Under the pieces are notes generated by a model. It was not told the DNA's origin, made no database searches, and was given only the letters and a program-made list of their open reading frames with translations. 64,000 bases of DNA from Candidatus Parcubacteria bacterium (lineage in GTDB: Bacteria > Patescibacteriota > Minisyncoccia > UBA6257 > HR35): positions 15,915 through 79,914 of the forward strand of contig BPJI01000001.1 of the NCBI GenBank assembly GCA_026004535.1, given 5' to 3'. Each line of letters opens with the position of its first letter. Within the stretch, counting starts at the first letter, position 1. The translations under genes were made by a program, and so were the position numbers. Shown here one piece after another: positions 1-8,891 of this stretch.

Positions 1-559
1 AACTTTAAAATTTGAAACTAATTTTAATTGTTTAGAGTGTAACCAAAGAGTAGTTAACAGTTGTCACCTTAAGAGACATTCAAATTTAATAAAACTTTTA
101 ATTAGTTTTAATAATTATGAAAATATGTTTTTAAGAGAGATGGTCTTATTGGGTAAAAATGGTAGCAAAGAAATTTTTCAAGATTTTGGTGAAATAATTG
201 CTCGTTATTTAAAGAATTTTTCTGATTATTATTTAACTTTTGTGCCCCTAACATCTAAAAAGCGTCTTCAACGCGGTTTTAATCAAAGCGAGGTTCTGGC
301 TCAAGCAATTGCTAAAAGTTTAAATTTAAAAATATTTAATGGCTTAATAAAAATTAAAGAAACCAAGGATCAAACTGAACTAAATTCTGAACAAAGATTA
401 ACTAATCTAACCGGCGCTTTTGCTTTGAAAGAAAAACCTCCAAGGAAAGTAATTTTAATTGATGATATAAAAACAACTGGAGCAACATTAAAAGAATGTG
501 CCCGGACTTTAAAAAATGGAGGCACTAAAGAAATAATTGCTTTAACAATTTTAAAATAA
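1..559 (+). CDS. comFC: ComF-family phosphoribosyltransferase (competence protein ComFC-like). The ORF is open to the window edge, so it is 5'-partial.
   Basis: The C-terminal PRTase motif VILIDDIKTTGATL is present. The reading frame stays open back to position 2. It encodes NCLECNQRVVNSCHLKRH, a CxxC...CxH zinc-finger typical of the ComF N-terminus. Confidence 0.6.
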   Translation, partial: TLKFETNFNCLECNQRVVNSCHLKRHSNLIKLLISFNNYENMFLREMVLLGKNGSKEIFQDFGEIIARYLKNFSDYYLTFVPLTSKKRLQRGFNQSEVLAQAIAKSLNLKIFNGLIKIKETKDQTELNSEQRLTNLTGAFALKEKPPRKVILIDDIKTTGATLKECARTLKNGGTKEIIALTILK

Positions 560-567
560 AAACATTT

Positions 568-3174
568 TTAAATCACATCAGGGAATTTTTGATAAAAGAT
601 TTTTTTAACAATTTCTGTGCCTAAAATAAAAACTGAGATTAAAAGCAAAGAAGCAAAAATTAGTTTTTGATCTAAAAAGGAAAATTCAAAAATTTTATTA
701 AATGGGGGCAGAAAGACGAAAATTAAAGTTAGAATAAGCCCTATTACCGAAGAAATTATAAAAGATTTACCGGGCTTAGACAAAAAGAACCAATTTTTGG
801 TTCTGATAAGAAAAGAAACAATCAAGCCAGTCATTGTTGTTAAAAAGAAGATATAAGTTCGAATAACTTCAATTGGCTGATTTTTGACAATTAAATAACC
901 AATAATATTAATAAATCCAGCAACAATGCCTAAACCTAAAAGGAGTAAAATTAAATGATAACTTGACATTTTAACCGGCTTTTTAATTTCTTTAACTTCA
1001 ACATTATCATTAGCAAAAGCAATCAAAGGAATGTCAGTTAAAAAATTAGTTAACAAAACTTGAAGTGGTGTCATTGGCACAAAAGGCAAAATTGAGGTTA
1101 AAATAGCAACTGAAGTTAAATTGCCAAAATTGTCACTCATTGTATGCTTAATATATTTGCCAATATTTTCTAAAACTCTTCGACCCTGATAAATACCATC
1201 AATAATTGTTTTCAAATCTTTTTCTTTTAAAATAATATCCGCTTCCTGTTTAACAACATCAGTGGCAGTATCAACAGCTAAAGCAACGTTTGCCATTTTT
1301 AAAGCTGGGGCATCATTAATTCCTTCACCTAAAAAACCAACAAATTTTTCTTTTTGCAAAACCTCGATGATTTTTAATTTATCTTCAGGCAAAACGCGAG
1401 CAAAAATTTTTGTTTCTTTAATAATTTTTTTCAATTCTTCACCAGTTAAATTTCTTATTTCTTCTCCAAGGACAACCTTTTCATTTTCTTCAATTAAACC
1501 AAGTTTTAAACCAACAGCCCGAGCGACATTCAATGAATCACCGGTTAAAATCTTTATTTCTAAATTTAATCTTTTGGCCAAATTGATAGCTGAGAAAGCA
1601 GTTTCTTTCAAAGGATCAACGAAAGAAGCAATGCCCAAAAATTTATTATTTACAGCTAAAGCTAATGTTCTTAAACCATTTTTATCTTCTTCTTTAAAAA
1701 TCTCTAAACAATTACCATCTTGAGTTATTTTGGCAATTTCTTCGGGTGAACCTTTAACAATTTCGATAATTTCATCATTTACTTTAACAATCACTTTTCT
1801 TATTCTTTTGATTGGGTCAAAATCAATATCTTCAATTAACTCCCAATTAGAATAATCAGGTAATTCTTTTATTTTTTCTAAAATTGCTTTTTCATAAGGA
1901 CTAGCTTCTTGAGTGAAATAATAGTCTGCTAAAAAATATTTTATAAATTCGGAACTAGCAGAAACTGACGCAGAACTAACAAAATTATTCTGTAAGTTCT
2001 GCGTAAGTTCTGTAAAGTTCTGCGTTGTTATAATTCTTTCTAACCTTAATTCATTGGTTGTAATTGTCCCTGTTTTATCAGTACATAAAATTTCAATTGC
2101 TCCTAAGTCTTCGATTGATGAAAGTCTTTTAATAATTAATCCCTTTTTAGCCAATCTATTTCCAACTAAACTTAAAGCTAAAACAGTCATTGTTGGTAAA
2201 AATTCTGGCACGATAGCAACAGCTAAAACAATTGAAAAAATTATTAATTCTTGAAAATTTAGATAACCTGGTTTGAAAAGACTAACTGTAATTATCGCCA
2301 AAGCAATGAAAATAGCAACAAAGGCAATATTTTTAGCAAATTTATCCATCATTTTTTGATAAGCTGTTTCTTTACTAATTTCAATTGTTTTTTTGGCAAT
2401 TGAACCAAAATAACTTTCTTTACCAGTAGCCAAAACAATTCCTTCAATTTCTCCCCTGATTAATGTTGTGCCTAAAAGGACAATATTTTCTGGAATAAAA
2501 GAAGATGCGGAAACTGACGCGGAACGAGCGGAATAATCGGAAGGATCGGAAACGAACCCTGACTTAGCGGAATTATCGAGAAAATTTTTTTCGTTTTTTC
2601 CATTTCTTCCGTGTCCGCTTCCGTTAGTTCCGTATATCGAGGTTTTATATATTGGCTCGCTTTCACCAGTAATTATTGATTCATCAACTAAAGCATCTGT
2701 TGTTTTTAAAATTCTAACATCAGCTGGAATCAAATAACCAGCTTGAACTTTTACATAATCTCCAGGAACCAAATATTCAGCTTCAATTTCCTGCCATTTA
2801 CCATCTCTTTTAACCCAAGCATAATTTTTAAAATAAGATAAAAGTTTTTCGCTTAATTTATTAACTCTATAATCTTGGAAAGTAGCAATTAAAATCGAAA
2901 GAATTAAAAAGAAAAAAATTAAAATAGTTTCAACTTCAGGACCGTTAATTAAAAAAGAAAGTAAACCAGCAAGAAAAAGAAAAATATTAAAAAAATTTAA
3001 AGAATTTCTTTTAATAATTTCTAAAAGATCAATCTTAAAGGAAGTAATTTTATTTAAACCAAATTTTCTTAATCTTTCTTCAGCTTCTTTTTTATCTAAT
3101 CCTTCTTGAGAAGTTTTTAATTCAGTTAAAATTTCAGCCTCACTTTTTCGAGCAAATTCAATTAATTTTTCCAT
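568..3174 (-). CDS. P-type cation-transporting ATPase (P2/P3-type, Mg/Ca-like). It carries two in-frame insertions of a short palindromic element.
   Basis: Motifs TGES, DKTGTIT, TGDSLNVA and GDGINDAPAL are present, with multiple TM helices and a length of 868 aa. The inserted peptides SARSASVSASS and QNFTELTQNLQNNFVSSASVSASS are encoded by higher-GC palindromic DNA. Confidence 0.85.
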   Translation of the reverse strand: MEKLIEFARKSEAEILTELKTSQEGLDKKEAEERLRKFGLNKITSFKIDLLEIIKRNSLNFFNIFLFLAGLLSFLINGPEVETILIFFFLILSILIATFQDYRVNKLSEKLLSYFKNYAWVKRDGKWQEIEAEYLVPGDYVKVQAGYLIPADVRILKTTDALVDESIITGESEPIYKTSIYGTNGSGHGRNGKNEKNFLDNSAKSGFVSDPSDYSARSASVSASSFIPENIVLLGTTLIRGEIEGIVLATGKESYFGSIAKKTIEISKETAYQKMMDKFAKNIAFVAIFIALAIITVSLFKPGYLNFQELIIFSIVLAVAIVPEFLPTMTVLALSLVGNRLAKKGLIIKRLSSIEDLGAIEILCTDKTGTITTNELRLERIITTQNFTELTQNLQNNFVSSASVSASSEFIKYFLADYYFTQEASPYEKAILEKIKELPDYSNWELIEDIDFDPIKRIRKVIVKVNDEIIEIVKGSPEEIAKITQDGNCLEIFKEEDKNGLRTLALAVNNKFLGIASFVDPLKETAFSAINLAKRLNLEIKILTGDSLNVARAVGLKLGLIEENEKVVLGEEIRNLTGEELKKIIKETKIFARVLPEDKLKIIEVLQKEKFVGFLGEGINDAPALKMANVALAVDTATDVVKQEADIILKEKDLKTIIDGIYQGRRVLENIGKYIKHTMSDNFGNLTSVAILTSILPFVPMTPLQVLLTNFLTDIPLIAFANDNVEVKEIKKPVKMSSYHLILLLLGLGIVAGFINIIGYLIVKNQPIEVIRTYIFFLTTMTGLIVSFLIRTKNWFFLSKPGKSFIISSVIGLILTLIFVFLPPFNKIFEFSFLDQKLIFASLLLISVFILGTEIVKKIFYQKFPDVI
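1951..2032. repeat. Palindromic element copy PE1, in-frame inside the P-type ATPase.
   Basis: Inverted repeat gcagaact...agttctgc, with tandem gtaagttctgc x3. The DNA is homologous to the copies at 21985-22085 and 44690-44812. Confidence 0.6.
2501..2640. repeat. Palindromic element copy PE2, in-frame inside the P-type ATPase (actuator-domain insertion).
   Basis: gcggaaactgacgcggaacgagcggaa ... ttccgtgtccgcttccgttagttccg form an inverted repeat. The local GC is far above background. It encodes the same SASVSASS peptide as PE1 using different codons. Confidence 0.55.
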
Positions 3175-3205
3175 TAATCTTATTATAAAATATAATTGAA
3201 TTATA

Positions 3206-3528
3206 ACCTGGATATGAACCGGATATAGTTACCCGGATATACACCGGATGAATTTACACGGATTTAGACCGGATAAGGGCTACCCAGATATCAACCGGAT
3301 ACAGCTAGCCGAATATGAACCGGATATAATTACCCGGATATTAAACGGATAGAACTACCCGGATTATAGCCGGATAAGTTATACCTGGATGTAAACTGGA
3401 TAAATTACCCGTATTATAACCGGATAAGTCACCCGGATTTAAACCGGATGATTTATAAAATATTTTTTATCCGGGTAATCTATTCCGGTAACCATCAGGG
3501 TAAAACAATCCGGTATTCATCCGGGTAA
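3206..3528. repeat. Phased CCGGATA/TATCCGG array a. It is a dyad-symmetric tandem array between the divergent ATPase and folD genes.
   Basis: About 18 forward units (tacccggatat / aaccggatat, 11-12 bp period). Then an AT-rich centre tttataaaatatttttt. Then about 6 reverse-complement units. The array ends 11-13 nt before the folD ATG. Confidence 0.8.
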
Positions 3529-3538
3529 ATGTAAACAA

Positions 3539-4363
3539 ATGATTATTGATGGTAAAAAATTGGCCCAAGAAATTTTAGAAAATTTAAAAGAGAAAAGAAA
3601 AAATTATGAGAAATTAAAAATTGCTGCTTTTTTAATAGGCAAAGGAGAAGAAAAATTAAGTTTTTTAAAAATTAAACAAGAGTTTGCCCAAGAATTAAAT
3701 ATTGAATTTAGAATTTATGAACTTGACGAGAATTTATCTAAAAGAAAAATTAGAAAATATCTAAGTCAAATTTTAAAGCATAAAACAATTCAAGGAGCAA
3801 TTTTCCAATTACCAATTCCTGAAAAATTTTCAACTCAATATTTATTAAATTCTATTCCAGCTAAAAAAGATATTGATTGTTTGTCTTCAAGGATGTTAGG
3901 CAAATTTTATACTGATAATTTTATTATTCGTCCGCCAGCAGTTGAAGTTGTTGATTTTTTAAAAGAAAAATTCAATTTAGAATTTAGGGGCAAGAATGTT
4001 TTAATTGTTGGTTATGGTCGGCTTGCTGGTAAACCATTGGCTCATTATTTTGCTAATTTAAATTCAACAGTTATTATTGCTCAAAGCCAAACAAAAATTG
4101 AAAATTATTTAAAAATTACTGATATTATAGTTAGTGGTGTTGGTAAAGCTAATTTAATTCAAGATTGTCAAAAAGGAGCAATTTTAATTGATTTTGGTTA
4201 TAGTTTTGAAAAGGGAAAAATTTATGGTGATATTGATTTTGAAAAATTAAAAGATAAAGCAAGTTTAATTACTCCAACTCCTGGTGGTACTGGTCCAATT
4301 TTAGTTGCTAAATTATTTGAAAATTTTTTTAAATTATTAGAAAAAGAAAAAGTGGTAATATAG
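3539..4363 (+). CDS. folD: Bifunctional methylenetetrahydrofolate dehydrogenase/cyclohydrolase.
   Basis: Rossmann motif GYGRLAGKP. PTPGGTGPILVA matches the FolD C-terminal consensus TPVPGGVGPMT. Length 274 aa. Confidence 0.8.
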   Translation: MIIDGKKLAQEILENLKEKRKNYEKLKIAAFLIGKGEEKLSFLKIKQEFAQELNIEFRIYELDENLSKRKIRKYLSQILKHKTIQGAIFQLPIPEKFSTQYLLNSIPAKKDIDCLSSRMLGKFYTDNFIIRPPAVEVVDFLKEKFNLEFRGKNVLIVGYGRLAGKPLAHYFANLNSTVIIAQSQTKIENYLKITDIIVSGVGKANLIQDCQKGAILIDFGYSFEKGKIYGDIDFEKLKDKASLITPTPGGTGPILVAKLFENFFKLLEKEKVVI

Positions 4364-4436
4364 TGGGCGGGAGAGGACTCGAACCTCTGACCTTCTCGAC
4401 GTCAACGAGACGCTCTGCCAACTGAGCTACCCGCCC
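4364..4436 (-). tRNA. tRNA-Val (anticodon GAC).
   Basis: The reverse complement folds as a cloverleaf: acceptor GGGCGGG, anticodon loop ttGACgt, T-loop GGTTCGAGTCC. CCA is not encoded. Confidence 0.8.
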
Positions 4437-4726
4437 ACAGTGAGGGAAGCGAACAATGACGGGTGGCTGCAAGGACAACAAGTGTTGCCCTCGTAAATAT
4501 TAGCTACCCGCCTGAACAAAACTTTTAATCTGACTAATTATATCATATTTTTTAAAAAGCCTGAAAACTGAAGCCTAAACCCTGACAGCTGACTTTAAAT
4601 ATTCATTTATTTTCCGTAACCATAACAATGGCTAACACCATTATAGAGTATTAAGTTGATTGAATAACTTTGAGTAATAATATTTAAATTGTCTGCAAAA
4701 TTTTTTCCAAGAGAATTTGATATAGT

Positions 4727-6364
4727 TTATTCTGATAATAATTTTTTAATTGAATCAGGAATATTTGGGTTTTTTAATAAAGCATCAAGAGCATCCTCAG
4801 CATCATTTTTAGCTTGCTCCAATTTTCTTCTTTGTTCCTCTTCCTCCTTTTCCTTCATTCTTCTTTTTTCTTCTTCAGGCAGTGAAGCCCTTTCAACTAG
4901 AATATCAAAAATTTCTTTTCTTGTTATAATTTTTCCTTCAAATTCAATTTTACCAGTATCACCCTCTAGCAATTCTTTAAGATTGTTTTTCATCGTTTCC
5001 TTAAGGTCTTCATCAGCCAATCTATCAATATAATAGAAGTTAATAAGATTTATTAATGTTGCGGTCAAATCTAATCTACCCGTTTCTTTGTCGCGAATTT
5101 GATTGTAAATCAAGGCATCAGCCACTCTCGCCATATCATCGAGCGTCAGAGGAATTCTCTGTCTTCTGCCCTTTTCTCCTTTCTTAAGTTCTTTGTTAAG
5201 ATCATTATGAAATGCGGCAATAACTTTTGCTACTTCTTTACCGATATCCGAATGATTATAAATATCTAAAATACATCCTTCAGGTTTTACCTCGGGTTTT
5301 TTACCTAGCTTATAAGTAAAATAATAATCAGAAGCTAATCGCAAAGATTCTTCTGAAAGTTCAGTCATTCGTTTAAAAACAACTCCTCTGGCTAAAGCCG
5401 GATCAACTTCATTTCTTGCCAAATATTCTTCTGGCGGATTAGTAGAAAAGAAAACCCAAAATTTAGGACCGCTTTTTATTTTTCTACCACCATTTTCCCA
5501 AAGCTGGATTTCTTCTGCTAATTGACCTCTTTTGCCTCTTAATTTAAGCAGGACATCTATCACCTGCGGTTCTGCCAAGCCAACTTCTTCAATATGTAGG
5601 ATAAACCCCTCCCCTTTCTGCTCATCAAAAGAAAAACTGCCATCAGGATTTTTTATTAATCCCATCGCTTTAGGCACGACTCCATATTGAAATTGCCATT
5701 GGGTTCTTTCTGAAAGACCAGCTTGTTTTGCTAACTCTTGCAATTTGGTGCGAATCAGGTTCAATTTTTGTTCTGGGGATAACCATGTTTTTTGCTCTAC
5801 TTCTTGGGCAATCTGAGAAATTTGGATTTGAGTTTCGGATAATTCCAAAAACTCATTCCATCTTCTTTTTTCTTCTTCAGTTTCTGCTTTCGGCACCCAT
5901 TTTCCCATTAGTTCTGAAACATCAGTTTGTCCTGAACAGTAAAAATCAAGTGGTTTTACTCCGCGACCATAGAGAAGTTCAGTGAATTTTTCTGCTAGAT
6001 AGGTTTTGCCGATAGCGGTTGGTGCTTCAATCAAAAGCGGCTGGCGGCGTTTATAAGTCATTGCCATTGCTACTAAAATCTCAAAAGATTCTCTCATTGG
6101 AATAATTTCTCTTTTAATTGCTTCAATGTCTTCTTTTGTAGCATATGTTTCTAATTTTATGATTAATGGTCTTTCTTCATAAGGATTACCAATATAAATA
6201 TATCTTTTTATTGTTTTTTCTCCTGTTTCAGGATCAATTACTTCCTCTTCTTCAAATATAATACCGCCTAAAATTTCTCCTTCAGGTCCTCTTTCTTTTA
6301 TCCTCGCTTCAATTTCTTCTTCTCTTATTTCTTCTGGTGATTTAAAACGAAATGTTTCTGGCAT
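4727..6364 (-). CDS. MoxR-like AAA+ ATPase (AAA_5 type) with N- and C-terminal extensions.
   Basis: Walker A LLIEAPTAIGKTYLAEKF. Walker B ILHIEEVGLAEP. Sensor region FWVFFSTNP. It lies in an operon with a VWA protein. Confidence 0.7.
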   Translation of the reverse strand: MPETFRFKSPEEIREEEIEARIKERGPEGEILGGIIFEEEEVIDPETGEKTIKRYIYIGNPYEERPLIIKLETYATKEDIEAIKREIIPMRESFEILVAMAMTYKRRQPLLIEAPTAIGKTYLAEKFTELLYGRGVKPLDFYCSGQTDVSELMGKWVPKAETEEEKRRWNEFLELSETQIQISQIAQEVEQKTWLSPEQKLNLIRTKLQELAKQAGLSERTQWQFQYGVVPKAMGLIKNPDGSFSFDEQKGEGFILHIEEVGLAEPQVIDVLLKLRGKRGQLAEEIQLWENGGRKIKSGPKFWVFFSTNPPEEYLARNEVDPALARGVVFKRMTELSEESLRLASDYYFTYKLGKKPEVKPEGCILDIYNHSDIGKEVAKVIAAFHNDLNKELKKGEKGRRQRIPLTLDDMARVADALIYNQIRDKETGRLDLTATLINLINFYYIDRLADEDLKETMKNNLKELLEGDTGKIEFEGKIITRKEIFDILVERASLPEEEKRRMKEKEEEEQRRKLEQAKNDAEDALDALLKNPNIPDSIKKLLSE

Positions 6365-6368
6365 ATTT

Positions 6369-6836
6369 TTACTCTAAACTTAATACTGGGCCAAATAAAG
6401 TATAAAAATGAGGGTAAGTAATTTTGTTTTCTATAAAATCTCTTTCAGCAAAAACAATTACTCTTGAACTTTCCGGCATCTTCGTTTCAAAAACATCTTT
6501 GCCTCGATAATCTAATAATTGGAATGAGTTATAATTTGCTAAATGCTTTAATTGATTAAGTAATGGACTTGAAATATCTTTTTTAATTTCTAAAAATATC
6601 CATTTATTTCCCTCAAACGCCTTAATGATTTTTTCAAAAACTTTCTCATCTATTGCGGTTTCATCATAAATTATTTGCTCAATATCTACTATTTTTCTTA
6701 CTTCATTAAAAATCTCATCTGCTTGTAATTCACTTCCCGGTTCCTTTACGATTAAACCTAAATCAAAAATCCGGCTCGGCTGTTTACGAACATTTTGAAG
6801 AAGAAGAATGAATGTATTTAATTGTTCTTTGTCCAT
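6369..6836 (-). CDS. Hypothetical protein in the MoxR-VWA operon.
   Basis: A 155 aa ORF tightly packed between the AAA+ and VWA genes. No recognisable motif. Confidence 0.4.
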   Translation of the reverse strand: MDKEQLNTFILLLQNVRKQPSRIFDLGLIVKEPGSELQADEIFNEVRKIVDIEQIIYDETAIDEKVFEKIIKAFEGNKWIFLEIKKDISSPLLNQLKHLANYNSFQLLDYRGKDVFETKMPESSRVIVFAERDFIENKITYPHFYTLFGPVLSLE

Positions 6837-6928
6837 AATTTTGACTTAATTATTCTTATTTTATTTTACATTTTACTATTATTTTACTATAATAATAATT
6901 TCTTATAAAATACAAATTTTTAGTGGGA

Positions 6929-8554
6929 TTAATATTTTTCCGGATGTCTAATCATATATTCCAAAAGTTCAGCAAATGCCTCAGCAAAATCTTTTTTTCC
7001 TTGGCGACGTTCTTCCTCAGTAACCTTCATTGGCATATTGGCAAAACCATAAGGATAATAATCTCTAACATGTTCAGTACCAGGACCAAGACCAATACCA
7101 ATTAGTTTAACTTTGCCCTCATTCAGAATGCCTTTTATAACTTTACCCAATTCATATTCCGGTCCAGAGTGCTCCGGATCAGGTACTGGTAAACCGTCAG
7201 ACAAAACAATCAAAAAATTGTTCTTGCCTGCATGTCTTAGCAGGCGTTGATAAGCTTCTTGAAGACAGTAGCCATCGCTGTTCCACCTGGCTTGATTATG
7301 AACACCTTCATTAAATGGTTCTTTTTTTGCAGTTGACAATCTATCCCTTAGCTCTTTATTTAATTTATCTTTAAACTCTTTATAAGGAATAATTGTATCT
7401 TGAAATCCTAAAATTTCGTATTGAATACCTAATCTTTCCAATACTTCTGCTAATACTACCACTCCTTTAAATGTTTCTTCAATTTTTTTTCCTTGCATTG
7501 AGCCAGAAAGGTCGACCAAAAGAGAAAAGCGATAATCAGGCTTACGAGGAATGGTTTTTCTCTGCCAAATTTTTTCTAAATACCTTGGGTCAGCTTCAGC
7601 TTGCATTGCTGTTCCCACGTCAAGCTGCGAGCCAGTAGGATATCCCTTTCTCCATTTTGGATGGCGCTCCGGTAAAAAGAATTTTTCCAGACGGTTGTAA
7701 AATGAATTGATAATATCTGCCACTTCTTCATAGGCTTTATCATATTCGGTCATTCTTTCTCTTCGCATTCTTTCTAACTGTTCCTCCAATTTTCTTCTTT
7801 CTTCTTCGGTCCTTTTCCTTTCTTCAGCGGCTCTTTTTTCTTTCTCCTCTCTTTCCCTTCTTTCTCTATGACTTTCTGGTTTATCTATATTTAGTTTCCC
7901 TTCCAATTCTTTATTGATCGCATCTTCAAAATCCTCAAGCTGTTTTTTAGCTTTTCCTCTTAATTCTTCTCTTTTTTTTCTTGGTAGCTTCTGAAAAAGT
8001 TTATCTAATTCCTGTTTTGTCTTTTCTGATAATTTATCTTCTGGATAAGGCATTTCTTCGCCCGATTGGATATTTTCTAAAGCATCTTGAATATCTTTAA
8101 GTTCCTGCTCTGCTTGTTTTTGTTTCATTTCTTGGGCTAATTTTTCCGCTTTCTTTTGTTCAATTTGCTTTTCCAATTCCTCTTTTTCTTTACCAGTAGC
8201 GCTTTTGATTCTTTCTTCCAAATCTTTGATTTCTCTATCTAATTGTTCTTGCTTTTGTTTTGCTTCTTCAATTTGCTTTTGTTTTTCCTCAATTTTTTTA
8301 TTCAATTGTTCAGCTGCCTCCCTTATTGCCTTATCAATTTGTTCTTGAAGTTCTTTTTTTACATCTTCTGGCAATCCCTCGAAAGGATCTAGTTCTTTTT
8401 TTAATTGCTCAATTTCTTTTTGTAATTCTTCTATTCTTTGACTATCACCTTGCTTCTCTGCTTCATTTAACTCTTCTTCTTTCTGTTTTAATTCTTTCTG
8501 TTTTTGTCTAAATTCTTCTATCATCTGTCTTTGCTCTTCGGTATGTAAATCCAT
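6929..8554 (-). CDS. Coiled-coil plus von Willebrand factor A (MIDAS) domain protein. It is probably the C-terminal two-thirds of a longer gene interrupted at an A8 tract.
   Basis: About 300 aa of E/K/Q-rich coiled coil, then DLSGSM (DxSxS MIDAS) with a VWA fold. The same frame stays open upstream for 112 codons, to a TGA that overlaps the stop of ORF 8892-9335. Confidence 0.65.
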   Translation of the reverse strand: MDLHTEEQRQMIEEFRQKQKELKQKEEELNEAEKQGDSQRIEELQKEIEQLKKELDPFEGLPEDVKKELQEQIDKAIREAAEQLNKKIEEKQKQIEEAKQKQEQLDREIKDLEERIKSATGKEKEELEKQIEQKKAEKLAQEMKQKQAEQELKDIQDALENIQSGEEMPYPEDKLSEKTKQELDKLFQKLPRKKREELRGKAKKQLEDFEDAINKELEGKLNIDKPESHRERREREEKEKRAAEERKRTEEERRKLEEQLERMRRERMTEYDKAYEEVADIINSFYNRLEKFFLPERHPKWRKGYPTGSQLDVGTAMQAEADPRYLEKIWQRKTIPRKPDYRFSLLVDLSGSMQGKKIEETFKGVVVLAEVLERLGIQYEILGFQDTIIPYKEFKDKLNKELRDRLSTAKKEPFNEGVHNQARWNSDGYCLQEAYQRLLRHAGKNNFLIVLSDGLPVPDPEHSGPEYELGKVIKGILNEGKVKLIGIGLGPGTEHVRDYYPYGFANMPMKVTEEERRQGKKDFAEAFAELLEYMIRHPEKY

Positions 8555-8891
8555 CTCTACTAATTTTCTTACTTCAGGCCATATATATTCAGTATTGATC
8601 CTAAATCTCTCCTTAGCAGTTAAGATAACTTCCTTTTTGTCTGTTCTTTCTGGATTGGGAATTATTGTACGGCTTCTGCGTACATACTCAATCGTTCTTA
8701 TTAGCGATTTTTCTACCGCTGGATCTAATACTTTACTAAATCTTCGTTGATGCCAATCGCGAATTATTTCTGAACCATATTGGCCGAATCTCGGCCAATA
8801 GCCTAATTGAATAGCAATTATCTCAACTTCAGGCGTGCTTAAAATTACGTTTTCTTCTTTAAATTGGTCATCGTAGACTTTCCTGACATAC

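Noticed and set aside
1262-2254. Antisense ORFs of 153 aa and 66 aa inside the P-type ATPase, and similar antisense ORFs inside rtcB, rpoB, gyrA, tyrS and others.
   Set aside because: They are embedded opposite long, clearly conserved genes and have low-complexity composition. They are typical AT-rich shadow ORFs.
3206-3528. CRISPR array or DnaA-box oriC as an explanation for the CCGGATA arrays.
   Set aside because: There are no spacers, and the 11-12 bp unit is far shorter than any CRISPR repeat. TTATCCGGT resembles but does not match the DnaA box TTATCCACA. Five separate arrays in 64 kb is inconsistent with a single origin. No dnaA or dnaN is adjacent.
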